A DNA stretch of 64,000 nucleotides from Candidatus Bathyarchaeota archaeon (lineage in GTDB: Archaea > Thermoproteota > Bathyarchaeia > Bathyarchaeales > Bathyarchaeaceae), in contig CAVOMX010000017.1 of the NCBI GenBank assembly GCA_963697165.1, forward strand, positions 24,343 to 88,342. Direction: 5' to 3'. The position numbers and the translations under genes are program-made. The notes beneath the pieces are model-generated. The model was given only the letters and a program-made list of their open reading frames with translations. It did not search any database and was not told the origin of the DNA. Position 1 is the first letter of the stretch. Every line of letters begins with the position of its first letter. Below are positions 63,875 to 64,000 of this stretch, one piece after another.

Positions 63875-63892
63875 AGTGTTTAGAATGAGTGT
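63875..63892 (+). repeat. Putative attR, overlapping the ATG of the target gene
   Basis: AGTGTTTAGAATGAGTGT. Confidence 0.8.
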
Positions 63893-64000
63893 TTCTCGTA
63901 TACCCATAAGATTTGTTATTGAAGGAGTCGGCAATGCAGAGGGGGAAATTGTTCGCATTCGTTCTCCGAGAACCGCGGATGCTATACTCAGGGGACTTCC
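63885..64000 (+). CDS. Cyclophilin-like fold (TM1367/DUF369-type) protein, 5' part
   Basis: MSVSRIPIRFVIEGVGNAEGEIVRIRSPRTADAILRGLP, runs off the window. Confidence 0.7.
   Translation, partial: MSVSRIPIRFVIEGVGNAEGEIVRIRSPRTADAILRGL

Larger units (their letters stand above)
57855..63892. mobile_element. Integrated ~6.0-kb island with terminal integrase remnant
   Basis: Exact 18-bp direct repeat AGTGTTTAGAATGAGTGT at 57855-57872 and 63875-63892; integrase ends 24 bp before the right copy. Confidence 0.8.

Noticed and set aside
1..64000. CRISPR array, tRNA or rRNA genes
   Set aside because: No regularly spaced repeat-spacer run, no cas genes, and no tRNA T-arm/cloverleaf or rRNA-like segment noticed; the repeats found are dispersed.

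Overview
Archaeal chromosomal segment. Thermosome, Rpo6/RpoK, S30e, CofE, a DRG GTPase and the protein styles point to a TACK archaeon, most plausibly Bathyarchaeia (inference). Layout: (1) 0.3-11.5 kb accessory region of unrelated small genes punctuated by a recurring ~30-bp palindromic motif; (2) 11.6-17.9 kb AT-rich sulfur-handling cluster (MBL-rhodanese, two YeeE/YedE, thioredoxin, SoxB-like hydrolase, DUF202, YeiH); (3) core metabolism, including a HydC/HydB-like pair whose third subunit is fused to an F420-binding FrhB domain, plus CofE, RimK-like ligase, FdhD, MobA, a ModE-type regulator with a tungstate ABC transporter, thiolase/DUF35 and SatP; (4) a short tyrosine recombinase bracketed by inverted repeats (36.3-37.9 kb); (5) a ~6.0-kb integrated island (57855-63892) bounded by an exact 18-bp direct repeat, inserted at the start codon of a cyclophilin-like gene, with an integrase remnant and internal repeats that separate its cargo genes. 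At least four non-coding repeat families recur across the window. Many genes from 21.9 kb onward are split by single-base indels, probably assembly errors. No rRNA, tRNA or CRISPR array was recognised. All calls come from reading motifs by eye; no searches were run.
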